A stretch of 23,485 bases of DNA from an uncultured delta proteobacterium (GTDB lineage Bacteria; Desulfobacterota; WTBG01; CAIYCZ01), in the NCBI GenBank assembly GCA_963803975.1, contig CAWDOY010000046.1:1-23485 (forward strand). Direction: 5' to 3'. Shown here piece after piece: positions 9,794 through 18,205 of the stretch. Numbering within the stretch: position 1 is the stretch's first letter; every line of letters begins with the position of its first letter. The position numbers and the translations under genes were made by a program. The notes under the pieces are model-generated. The model did no database searches. It worked only from the letters and a program-made list of their open reading frames with translations, and was not told where the DNA came from.

Positions 9794-10330
9794 ATGGCAA
9801 AGAAGAAGCACGCCTCAGTTGAGGATGTAAAGGAGATGGCCCTTGAAGAGAAATACGACCGGGCCCTGGACTATTTCACCATGGATCATGCCATAAGCTA
9901 TATTACCCACAAGGAAAATGGCACACTGGATAAATGGGTGGATGCCACCATCGAGGCCTACCGAAAAGCAGCGCCGCGCTTCATGGCACCGCTTGCTAAA
10001 ATCGTGGGAAAGATTGCCCCCAACCTTTCTCTTAAGCAGGCCCTCAAGCAGGTAGTATACGCGGAGCAGCAGATGCACGACATCTCGGAATTTGAAGTGT
10101 CGATGCCTGAGGAGGGCACGATATGCATCAGGTTCACTAACTGCGACCGTTACCGGCGACAGAAAGAAACAGTAAAAAGACTGGATCTCAAGATTGAGCC
10201 GCGGGACATCTGTGAAGTGGAACGCCTGCATCACTTCCATCCCCGCCATCCCATGCAGGATGCCGGCGTTAAGCCAATTGATGTCAAGTGGGAAGAAACC
10301 GGATGCGTGTGGACCTTTAAAAGGCAATAA
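9794..10330 (+). CDS. Hypothetical Cys/His-rich protein, paralogue 1 (possibly V4R/ATC-hydrolase-like ligand-binding fold)
   Basis: RBS AAGGAG; collinear similarity to 10507..11064; NC...IC...GCVW pattern. Confidence 0.75.
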   Translation: MAKKKHASVEDVKEMALEEKYDRALDYFTMDHAISYITHKENGTLDKWVDATIEAYRKAAPRFMAPLAKIVGKIAPNLSLKQALKQVVYAEQQMHDISEFEVSMPEEGTICIRFTNCDRYRRQKETVKRLDLKIEPRDICEVERLHHFHPRHPMQDAGVKPIDVKWEETGCVWTFKRQ

Positions 10331-10337
10331 TAAGCTA

Positions 10338-10478
10338 AGGGTTCAAGGATTCAAGGGGTCAAAAAAACCGTTTCGAGTTTATGGTTTATAGTTTCTGGTA
10401 AAAACATGAACTGCAAACCTTGAACTTTAGACTTTGAACTTAATATAAACCCCTCGAACCCTATGCCCCTTGAACCCT
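10338..10478. repeat. Nested inverted periodic repeats (outer GGGTTCAA/TTGAACCC 8-mers, inner 7-mers)
   Basis: agggttcaaggattcaagggg ... gagtttatggtttatagttt ... aaaccttgaactttagactttgaact ... cccctcgaaccc...ccccttgaaccct. Confidence 0.75.
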
Positions 10479-10506
10479 TTTTATAAACCATGCAGGAGAA
10501 ACAGCC

Positions 10507-11064
10507 ATGGCACAGGAAGTTAAAAAACATAAGCCGGATATTAAAATGCATAAGCCCGACATTAAAGAAATGTCCATCGAAGAGCGCTATGACCGGGCCT
10601 GCGATTTCTTTGAGATGGACCATATGATAAGCTACTATACCCACAAGCGGCTGGGCACGGTAAAAGAGTGGGTGAACGACACGGTCGCAGCCTACAACCA
10701 TTCGGTGCCGCGATTTTTGGGCCCTGTTGTTAAAACCGTGACCAAACTCGCTCCTAATCTGGCTCTTAGAAAATGCTTTGATGCCGTGTTCAACCTGGAT
10801 CAGCAGCACCACGGTATCGACGAGTTTGAATACTCGGAAGCCAAAGACGGAATGATTGTGGTGAGGTGGAAGAATTGCGCGCGCCTGAAAAGGCACAAGA
10901 AATGGATCAAACAACTCGGGTATGATTTTGATGACCGGGAAATCTGCGAAGTGGAAAAAATGCACCTCACGCACCCCAACCATCCGGGGTGCATAATGGG
11001 ATTTGTGCCCATAGAGATTGTATGGGAAGAGGGCGGCTGCGTCTGGACGTATAAAAAGGTGTGA
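10507..11064 (+). CDS. Hypothetical Cys/His-rich protein, paralogue 2
   Basis: RBS AGGAG; shares MDHxISYxTHK, QQxH, NCxR, ICEVE..H..HPxHP and WEExGCVWT with 9794..10330. Confidence 0.75.
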   Translation: MAQEVKKHKPDIKMHKPDIKEMSIEERYDRACDFFEMDHMISYYTHKRLGTVKEWVNDTVAAYNHSVPRFLGPVVKTVTKLAPNLALRKCFDAVFNLDQQHHGIDEFEYSEAKDGMIVVRWKNCARLKRHKKWIKQLGYDFDDREICEVEKMHLTHPNHPGCIMGFVPIEIVWEEGGCVWTYKKV

Positions 11065-11266
11065 CCACAATGCGGAAGGTGGAATGAAAATCGTGGCTCG
11101 TGACCCGTGACTCGGGGAAGCAAGAAATTAAGAAGGATGAATCAGGAAAACTCCGGACCCATAACTCTGCACCATTTAGAGCGCTGTGAACAGGGGGCTT
11201 TTTTCTCTGCGATCTCCGCGCCCTCTGCGGTTATTTTTAATAAAACAGCTTATCCGGGAGGGGGCA

Positions 11267-12640
11267 ATGGCTGAAAATAAAAGAACCACAAAAAGTGCTG
11301 CAACATGTGCCGGGATGGAAATCCCTCCGGGGCTCACGAAGAGCAATTTTATTTTCCTTTTTTTTAACACCTTTCTGGTGGGCATGCTCACCAGTGTCCT
11401 CACCATCCTCCAGCCGGCATTTTTAAAAGACATCGTTAAAGTTTCGCCGGACTTCTTCGGCTCCATTAACGCGCTGCTCATGAACATCAACGAGCTTGCC
11501 ACGCTGGCGCTGGTGGCTTTTGTGGGAGCCCTTTCGGATAAAACAGGGCGTAAGATACTGGCGTTTTTCGGGTTTGTTGTTCTCGCGGTCTTCTTCTATC
11601 TGCTCAGGTTCTCAAATGAGATTGCTTCATTCCTAAATATTCCGGCAGGAGTGTCATCACAGGTCTGCAGCCTGATGAGTTTTGTCCCCTCTAAAGCAGC
11701 AGCATTTACCAGCTTTGCTCCCGGCCTACTCATCACCTACATTCTCCGTCTCTTTATCGGCATCGGCATCGTGCTGCTCTTTCCCCAGTTCATTGCCATG
11801 ACTGCTGACTATACCTATGAGAAGGACCGGGGTAAGGGCATGGGATTAAACGGGCTTATGTTTGGTGTTGCAAGCATTGTGGTGTTTGCTGCGCTTGCAC
11901 CCGTTGAGAAAGCGTGGGGAGTTGCATCGCTTTTCTATATTGTCGCTGCCATTGCTGCGGTTGGGGCGGTATGCACAGGGATATTTCTTAAGGACCGCCT
12001 GCCTGAACAGAAAGCAGGCCCAAAGGGGTTACGCGAAATTATTACGATAGTCAATAAATCCCCTGCTCTCAGGGCAAGCTACATCTGTGCCCTCATCACC
12101 AGGGCAGATATGGTTATTATTGCTACCTTTCTGTTATCCTGGGCAGTCAAGGCAGGGGACAGCTACGGTCTCACCTCTGAGGCAGCAACACAGAAGGCAT
12201 CGCTGCCCATGATTGGTATGGGCATTGTCAGCTTTATTGCCTTCCCGGTGGTCGGTATTCTGCTTGATAAATGGGGGCGCGTGCCGACGATAATTCTTGC
12301 GCTCATCTCAGGCGGGGCGGGACTGGTTCTGCTTTCAGTTGCCGCGAGCCCCTTCAGCGGGCTGGTGTATGGTGCCGTGATGCTTGTTGCCGTGGGCGTC
12401 GCAGGGTCTATGGCAGGAGCAAACACGCTGGCAACTGATGCTGCACCAGCCGGCATGGTCGGGACCGTGCTTGGCGGATTGAACACCATGCAGCCCATCG
12501 GCATACTTTTTTTCGTGGGGCTTGGCGGGTACCTGTTTGATGCTTTCGGCCCGGGCTGGGCATTCGCGATTAAAGGGGCTGCAAATCTTGTTTTATGTGC
12601 GTGGTTTTTTGTGGTAAAAGAAAAAATAGCCGCTGGCTGA
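11267..12640 (+). CDS. MFS transporter
   Basis: Start reassigned to ATG 11267 after GGAGGGG; about 12 hydrophobic helices; motif A GALSDKTGRK and GILLDKWGR. Confidence 0.92.
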   Translation: MAENKRTTKSAATCAGMEIPPGLTKSNFIFLFFNTFLVGMLTSVLTILQPAFLKDIVKVSPDFFGSINALLMNINELATLALVAFVGALSDKTGRKILAFFGFVVLAVFFYLLRFSNEIASFLNIPAGVSSQVCSLMSFVPSKAAAFTSFAPGLLITYILRLFIGIGIVLLFPQFIAMTADYTYEKDRGKGMGLNGLMFGVASIVVFAALAPVEKAWGVASLFYIVAAIAAVGAVCTGIFLKDRLPEQKAGPKGLREIITIVNKSPALRASYICALITRADMVIIATFLLSWAVKAGDSYGLTSEAATQKASLPMIGMGIVSFIAFPVVGILLDKWGRVPTIILALISGGAGLVLLSVAASPFSGLVYGAVMLVAVGVAGSMAGANTLATDAAPAGMVGTVLGGLNTMQPIGILFFVGLGGYLFDAFGPGWAFAIKGAANLVLCAWFFVVKEKIAAG

Positions 12641-12658
12641 TAGTTGAAATATTTTTCC

Positions 12659-12718
12659 GTCCACCCTCCGCAGAACTGCTGCCCTCCGGAAGGCTTCCGG
12701 AGGCGGGTCGGAGGACGG
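12659..12718 (+). repeat. Short palindromic element, copy 1
   Basis: gtccaccctccgcag ... cggaggacgg termini with inner hairpin cctccggaa-ggc-ttccggagg; same termini inverted at 22715-22805. Confidence 0.65.
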
Positions 12719-12762
12719 GCGATTTTTGCGTTCTCAGCAATTAAATTATTCAAGGAGCACCC

Positions 12763-13107
12763 ATGCCCTATTTGAAAATTGAAACCAACCAGAGCCTTGA
12801 TGAAGCCGTTGTGCAGGCGCTTCTCAAAAAATCATCATTGTTCACCGCCACGCTCCTGAACAAACCGGAGAAATGGATCATGGTTTCGATCTATCAGGGC
12901 GTGGCCATGATGTTTGACGGCAGCGTTGAGCCTGCCGCCTATGTAGAACTGAAAAGCATCAGCCTGACACCGGAGTCGTGTGCGGCGCTGTCAAAATCTC
13001 TGTGCGAATTTTTAAACGCCGAACTCGGTGTCTCACCGGAACGGGCGTATGTTGAGTTCTGGAATATTAACGGTAAGATGTTCGGCTGGAACGGTGGGAC
13101 ATTTTAA
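12763..13107 (+). CDS. MIF/phenylpyruvate tautomerase-family protein
   Basis: N-terminal MP (catalytic Pro1), KPEKWIMV, FDGSVEPAAYVELKSI, FGWNGGTF; RBS AAGGAG. Confidence 0.92.
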   Translation: MPYLKIETNQSLDEAVVQALLKKSSLFTATLLNKPEKWIMVSIYQGVAMMFDGSVEPAAYVELKSISLTPESCAALSKSLCEFLNAELGVSPERAYVEFWNINGKMFGWNGGTF

Positions 13108-13115
13108 CCCCTCTG

Positions 13116-13535
13116 TTACTCTCCAATAATTTTTACCAGCACCCGTTTTCGTCTTCTGCCGTCAAACTCACCGTAGAAAATCTGCTCCCAGGGGCCAACG
13201 TCCAGCTTGCCGTCGGTAATAGCCACAACTACCTCCCTGCCCATGATCTGGCGTTTCAGGTGTGCGTCACCGTTGTCCTCGCCGGTGCGGTTATGAAGAT
13301 ATTGCGAGACGGGTTCATGGGGGGCAAGCTTCTCCAGCCACTTTTCATAATCCTGGTGCAGGCCTGATTCATCATCATTGATGAACACGGATGCGGTTAT
13401 GTGCATTGCGTTTATAAGTACCAGACCATGTTTAATACCACTCTCTCGTAGGCATTCTTCTACCTGTGTGGTTATGTTTATAAAAGCCCTTCTTGTGGGT
13501 ATGTTAAACCATAGCTCTTGGCGATAACTTTTCAT
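13116..13535 (-). CDS. yjbQ: YjbQ/UPF0047-family protein (secondary thiamine-phosphate synthase)
   Basis: [41 protein letters not shown]. Confidence 0.93.
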   Translation of the reverse strand: MKSYRQELWFNIPTRRAFINITTQVEECLRESGIKHGLVLINAMHITASVFINDDESGLHQDYEKWLEKLAPHEPVSQYLHNRTGEDNGDAHLKRQIMGREVVVAITDGKLDVGPWEQIFYGEFDGRRRKRVLVKIIGE

Positions 13536-13686
13536 GGCATGCTCCTTTTTTTATTGACAGGATGTGAAAGATAAACCAGGACACTGAGAAATAATTATTG
13601 AAAGCTGACTCTGACAACTTTCAATAATTAGCATACACAAACTATTAACAGAATGCAGCTGATTTTCCCTGCCGGGCGGTTTTGCC

Positions 13687-13715
13687 TTGACAGGGGATAT
13701 TCTTTCTCCTATTCT
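13687..13715 (+). promoter_or_regulatory. Sigma70-type promoter for the HemF-like gene
   Basis: TTGACA-17 bp-TATTCT, upstream of RBS GAGGAGG. Confidence 0.6.
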
Positions 13716-13750
13716 GACTACGTTCAACTAACCAGAAGAGGAGGGGTTAT

Positions 13751-14536
13751 ATGCCTGACAAAGACAGTGTCGTCACATTTTTACAGGATGTCTGCAGTCG
13801 GTTTGAAAAATTCTGTTTGCTCTTTAATTTTCCCGAGGTGCTTGAGAAAAAGACGTTTGACAGCAAGCTGGGACCCCTTGAGGTGCATACTTCCAAGGGC
13901 AGCGTCTTTGAAAAGGCCAGCCTGATATATTGCGACCTCAAAATAGAGACCCCGCCGGTGCTTGCCGAACAACTCGGGCAGAAGGGCAGCACTGCAGAAG
14001 CATTAGTGGTTGAAATGAATCTATTCCCGGTGAACCCTTTTGTTCCCAAGGGATACCTGGAACTGCGGGCCAATATAACGGATAATGTTGCCTTTGCCGG
14101 CGGCACCGACATATTTCCCTACTTTAGTAACGAAGAGGATAGCGAGTTCTTTGCCGGGGGGATTGAGGAGCTGTGTAAACGCCATGGCCTGGATTACGCT
14201 GCCATGCGGCAGACGCGGGTTGATTTTTTTCAGTCCAAGTACCGGAAGGGAACTGTCGGCAGCCATGCGGGGATTTATTCATTTCATCTGGAAGAAAAGA
14301 ATTTTGCTTTTTTAACGGACCTGGCTGACATGTTTTTAACCCTCTACGGGGCGCTTGTTGACAAGCGCAATGCAGAGGAATTTACCGAGCATGACATAGA
14401 GAAAAAACTGAAGCTTCACGGCCTGTGGGCTGAGTGGATACTGCTTGAAGATACGGGCACCAAATACGGGCTGGACCAGGGCATACCGCCTGAAGCGCTG
14501 CTCGGGGCAATACTGCCGCCGAAGGCTATTTTTTAG
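13751..14536 (+). CDS. Divergent coproporphyrinogen III oxidase (HemF)-like protein
   Basis: GSVFEKA, PVNPFVP, FAGGTDIFPY, EDTGTKYGL and ILPP occur in HemF motif order, but several conserved residues are changed. Confidence 0.75.
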   Translation: MPDKDSVVTFLQDVCSRFEKFCLLFNFPEVLEKKTFDSKLGPLEVHTSKGSVFEKASLIYCDLKIETPPVLAEQLGQKGSTAEALVVEMNLFPVNPFVPKGYLELRANITDNVAFAGGTDIFPYFSNEEDSEFFAGGIEELCKRHGLDYAAMRQTRVDFFQSKYRKGTVGSHAGIYSFHLEEKNFAFLTDLADMFLTLYGALVDKRNAEEFTEHDIEKKLKLHGLWAEWILLEDTGTKYGLDQGIPPEALLGAILPPKAIF

Positions 14537-14610
14537 CAGCTCCATCCATTTCAGCAAAGCCGGGAGTATGAGATTTTCTCCGCTTCGCAATACCCGGGGC
14601 GTCACTATGA

Positions 14611-15798
14611 TTACAGGGCAGCATGCGAGGCTTCCCACCTCTGCCACCAGACAAGAACCGGCAGCAGCACCAGGGTAATAAATCCTGATATAGCCAGGGG
14701 AACCCAGTATCCGGCGTACTCTCCCAGCGGCCCGAAGATGAGTGCCCCGGCAAAGGACCCGACCAGCGTGACCAGGTAGATGAGGCTGGCATTACCCCCG
14801 ACTCTCTCCACATGAAACAGCCTGCCGATCCCTTCATACATAGCTATCATAACCGCACCATCTCCCATGCCATGGATTATGCGCCAGGCAAGAGAAAACG
14901 TGACGTTTGGATAGGTCATGAGGATATGCCCTAATCCGGAGGCGATGAGCCCCGGGTACAGCAGCCGCTCCGGGCCGATTCCCCGGTCAACCAGTCTTCC
15001 GCACCAGAAGCTTGCCAGCGCCACGGCAATAAATTCAGTTGCCATATAGTAACCGATCCCGGGCATCTGCAGATTGAGGTGATGGCGAAGAAACAGGCTG
15101 ACGCAGGTTGACTCCGCACCCCAGTGGAGGGTGAAAAAAAAGAGCCAGAGGGAAAAAACGATGACTTCCTTTTTGAAAAAATCTTCCCGGTAATTAAAGA
15201 GCTCCCAGCGTTTGCCGGGGGTTGCGGCGAGAAACGGGTAGACAAGCACTAACGCCAGCGCAAAGACGCTCAGGTGTCTGAGCTTTGCGGTAAAATCAAA
15301 TGACAGAAGAGCGTAACCGGCAAAGAGCGCTCCTGCGGTAAATCCGATCATACGCATGGCATTGAAAAGCCCGTAGCGTGTTCCCCTGTTTTCTTCCTGT
15401 GCTCCTTTAAACATCAGGGCGTCGAGCGAGGTGCGGAAAATGTTGTTTGATACGCCAAACAGCAGAAAAACAAGGAAAAATGGTATAAAATTGGTGGCAA
15501 ACCCCTGCCCCCACAGGGCAAGGGCTGTGGTGATGAGCGAGAGCACGATCAGGGTGCGCGGTGTGAACAGGTCATTCAGGAAGCCGATCGGGAAGGTGAT
15601 GAAGAGGCCGGTAATGCTCAGGCCCGCGTAGAGCAACCCGATTTTGCTGCCGGAGAACTTAAGATGGTCCTGTAAAAACAGGGGAATAAAAAAATAGGTC
15701 AGCGATGATACAAAGGCATAGCTCCCGGAAAGCAGCGAAGGGAGCAGATCATCGCGCAGATATACCTGCGGTGAGCGGTCGGCATTGTTCTGTTTCAT
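14611..15798 (-). CDS. MFS transporter
   Basis: About 12 TM helices; GFLNDLFTPR and GRLVDRGIG motif-A-like segments. Confidence 0.88.
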   Translation of the reverse strand: MKQNNADRSPQVYLRDDLLPSLLSGSYAFVSSLTYFFIPLFLQDHLKFSGSKIGLLYAGLSITGLFITFPIGFLNDLFTPRTLIVLSLITTALALWGQGFATNFIPFFLVFLLFGVSNNIFRTSLDALMFKGAQEENRGTRYGLFNAMRMIGFTAGALFAGYALLSFDFTAKLRHLSVFALALVLVYPFLAATPGKRWELFNYREDFFKKEVIVFSLWLFFFTLHWGAESTCVSLFLRHHLNLQMPGIGYYMATEFIAVALASFWCGRLVDRGIGPERLLYPGLIASGLGHILMTYPNVTFSLAWRIIHGMGDGAVMIAMYEGIGRLFHVERVGGNASLIYLVTLVGSFAGALIFGPLGEYAGYWVPLAISGFITLVLLPVLVWWQRWEASHAAL

Positions 15799-15809
15799 GG
15801 TGATACAAA

Positions 15810-15844
15810 TAAATCCCCTCCTGTGATGTACAGGAGGGGATTTA
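15810..15844 (-). terminator. Probable intrinsic terminator after 15881..16336
   Basis: Perfect 15-bp stem taaatcccctcctgt/acaggaggggattta with 5-nt loop; U-rich tail on the minus strand. Confidence 0.7.
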
Positions 15845-15880
15845 TAACGCGCGTTAAAGAGATATTTTTATAGCGACCGG

Positions 15881-16336
15881 TTATTTTTTCGGGCGCTCAT
15901 ACTTAAACATGCACACGCAGCTTCCCTCAGCCTGGGCGCAGAGAATGGAGCCTTTCATGTTCATATCGGCAAAAGCCTGGTTGGTTGCCGCTACATCCAT
16001 TTCACAGATTACATGGCAGGGTTTTTCAAAACCGAAATCTTTGTGCAGGTTGAACTTCAGCGCAGGGCATACGCGCTGAATTTCAAGCACGGCATCCATG
16101 TTATTATTTGAAATATCGACAACCTGCATTTCCATGCCAATCTGCTTATAGATTGCCACCGCTTCGGTGAATGCTTCGGCGAGCGTATTGTGCTTTTCAA
16201 TATACGCGCCCATGTTTTTTCTCTGCCGCTCAGGGTAGCCGTCAAAAAGCGCATCCCAGGCCTTCTTCTCCCCTGACTCATCGAGGACCTTCCGGTATAT
16301 TTCAAATTTCTTTCTGAACATGTCTAATGGATTCAT
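15881..16336 (-). CDS. L-2-amino-thiazoline-4-carboxylate hydrolase-like / V4R-like protein
   Basis: RBS AAGGAG; pattern IQRVCPAL...KPCHVICEMD...AEGSCVCMFKY. Confidence 0.68.
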   Translation of the reverse strand: MNPLDMFRKKFEIYRKVLDESGEKKAWDALFDGYPERQRKNMGAYIEKHNTLAEAFTEAVAIYKQIGMEMQVVDISNNNMDAVLEIQRVCPALKFNLHKDFGFEKPCHVICEMDVAATNQAFADMNMKGSILCAQAEGSCVCMFKYERPKK

Positions 16337-16423
16337 CTACTATTCTCCTTTTAAAAATAATTTATTTATACCATACGGGCAGGCTTCCGACTATACCCGC
16401 GCACAAATAATTTGACCGAAGTC

Positions 16424-16452
16424 ATAGTAGCGTGCGGGGTAATTTCTGTCAA
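16424..16452 (-). promoter_or_regulatory. Sigma70-type promoter for 15881..16336
   Basis: TTGACA (16452-16447), 17 bp, TACTAT (16429-16424). Confidence 0.65.
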
Positions 16453-16477
16453 GCTAATTTGCCATGTCAATGAGATT

Positions 16478-16574
16478 AGGGGCCAGTGGCTCGTGACCAG
16501 TGGCTCGGGACTCGGGATACGGGTCAGGACCGATATTGCTGACGGCTGATAGCTCACAACCCCTAAACTCAATT
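16478..16574 (+). repeat. Composite 7-nt periodic repeat module
   Basis: cagtggctcgtgaccagtggctcgggactcggga, then gctgacggctgatagct, then aacccctaaactcaatt. Confidence 0.65.
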
Positions 16575-16639
16575 GCTTGTTTCTCTGTACTCTCTATGCT
16601 AATGTTTCCACAATACCTGTAGAAAGGAAGGGTGAATGT

Positions 16640-17008
16640 ATGAAATGGCTTCTTTATATAATCGGTGTTTTGTGGATAAGCGCGGGGAGCTCTTTTATTC
16701 TGTACACCAATCAGTGCCGGCATGTTCTGAAAAAAACAGTTCAGGGTGCTGACCCGGGACTCATTTCAATTGTCCCCATTGCCATCGGGGCGCTTCTTAT
16801 AGTCGGGGCTTACCAGACCGCCCTTCCCTGGGTTGTTGTTCTTCTCGGGATACTGGCAATAGGCAAGGGCTGTATGGTTCTCTTTAATCCGGGAAGGCTC
16901 GCCAGCAGGCTCATCTGCTGGTTTTTTGAACAGGCTTCAGAGAATACCTGGCGGCTTGTCGGGATTATTGCGCTCATTCTGGGAACGGCGCTGCTGTCGT
17001 GGCTGTAA
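16640..17008 (+). CDS. Small integral membrane protein (about 4 TM)
   Basis: Start reassigned to ATG 16640 (MKWLLYIIG) after AAGGAAGGG; four hydrophobic segments. Confidence 0.8.
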   Translation: MKWLLYIIGVLWISAGSSFILYTNQCRHVLKKTVQGADPGLISIVPIAIGALLIVGAYQTALPWVVVLLGILAIGKGCMVLFNPGRLASRLICWFFEQASENTWRLVGIIALILGTALLSWL

Positions 17009-17093
17009 TTAAAGGTAAAGAGGCTAAAAGGTGCACAGGTCTACCTTTTAGGATGCAGCCTCGCTTAGCCTCTTGGCCTTTTGACCTCGTATC

Positions 17094-18062
17094 CTATTTC
17101 TTAAAATACGCCTTCAGCATCGGATCATCAGGATTGTTGAGGTAATCCTCCAGGCGCGTCAATTCCAGGCAGGGATATATTTCCTGCTGCTTCTCCAGGT
17201 CTCCCTGCGCAAGGACGCTGTCGGATGTTGCGCGGAAGAGCACTACGTCGCTGTTAAAATATTCCTTCTTAAACAAAGCCGGGGAGAGGCTGACCGGCTT
17301 TACCTCTTTTTTAAGAACCCTGCCGAACACTTCTGCAAGCCCGCGGTAGCTGAACACGTCGGGCCCGCCCACGCCGACGATTTTATTTTTTGCCCGCTCA
17401 TTGCCGATGGAGGCGCAGAGTATTTCAGCCATGTTGTCCTGGCTGACCGGCTGCACCCGGCCGCTGCCCTGGTCCACGATCTTGTACCGGTCGGAAATTG
17501 CTGCAGCCAGCAGGTCCCTGAAATCAAAGAAGTATCCCGATGGCCTGAGGATGGTATACGCGATGCCGGACTGCAGCAGAATATTTTCAGCATTGCGCTT
17601 GGCCAGATGATTCAGGTGGAAGGAGGGAATCTTATCTCCCCGCGCCACCCCCAGCGCGCTGATATAAATAATATGCTGAACGCTGCCGTCGCTGCCGGCT
17701 GCCTGCACAATATATTTTATGCCGTTTTCTTCAATCTCAAAGGGCGTGAGCTTTTTTTCTCCGGGAGCGGTAACGCGCGGAACGCCGATGGCGCACACTA
17801 CGGTGTCGTTGCCCTTGACCGCGGTAAAGACCGCGTCCTGGCTGGTGATATCTCCCTGGGCACCGCTTATCACAACTACGTTTTCGGGGAGGTTCTTTTC
17901 TTTGGGCGGGTTTTTGTCAAAGGCGGTGATGGATTCCGCGCTCCCGTGCTCAAGGAGCAGCTTGAGTGCCTTGCCGCCGATGTTACCGGAAGAACCGATA
18001 AGGAGAATTCTTTTGCCCGCGGTCTGAGTCTTGATATACTCGTGCATCTTTTTTGTTTCCAT
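17094..18062 (-). CDS. NAD(P)-binding atypical SDR / NmrA-like oxidoreductase
   Basis: ILLIGSSGNIG Rossmann motif; YISALG; AKRNAE; YTILRPSGYF. Confidence 0.9.
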   Translation of the reverse strand: METKKMHEYIKTQTAGKRILLIGSSGNIGGKALKLLLEHGSAESITAFDKNPPKEKNLPENVVVISGAQGDITSQDAVFTAVKGNDTVVCAIGVPRVTAPGEKKLTPFEIEENGIKYIVQAAGSDGSVQHIIYISALGVARGDKIPSFHLNHLAKRNAENILLQSGIAYTILRPSGYFFDFRDLLAAAISDRYKIVDQGSGRVQPVSQDNMAEILCASIGNERAKNKIVGVGGPDVFSYRGLAEVFGRVLKKEVKPVSLSPALFKKEYFNSDVVLFRATSDSVLAQGDLEKQQEIYPCLELTRLEDYLNNPDDPMLKAYFKK

Positions 18063-18083
18063 CGCCCTGTCTCCATTCTTGGT

Positions 18084-18205
18084 AATTGAGTTCGGAGTAA
18101 TGATTGCTGAGTTATCAGTAGCTGTCAGCTCTCAGCTTTCAGCATTATTTTATTAATTACAATCTACAATTTTCTAACCCCGAGCCCCGAATCCCCAATC
18201 CCGAA
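18084..18205 (-). repeat. Composite 7-nt periodic repeat module
   Basis: Minus strand: gggattggggattcggggctcgggg ... gctgaaagctgagagctgacagct ... actcagcaatcattactccgaactcaatt. Confidence 0.65.

Noticed and set aside
9815..11502. Long antisense ORFs 9815..10327, 10351..11070, 10800..11123 and 11176..11502
   Set aside because: They shadow plus-strand genes that have an RBS and paralogy or family support.
16388..16400. gcgggtatagtc on the minus strand, resembling a tRNA 5' end
   Set aside because: No T-arm, anticodon arm or acceptor complement follows.
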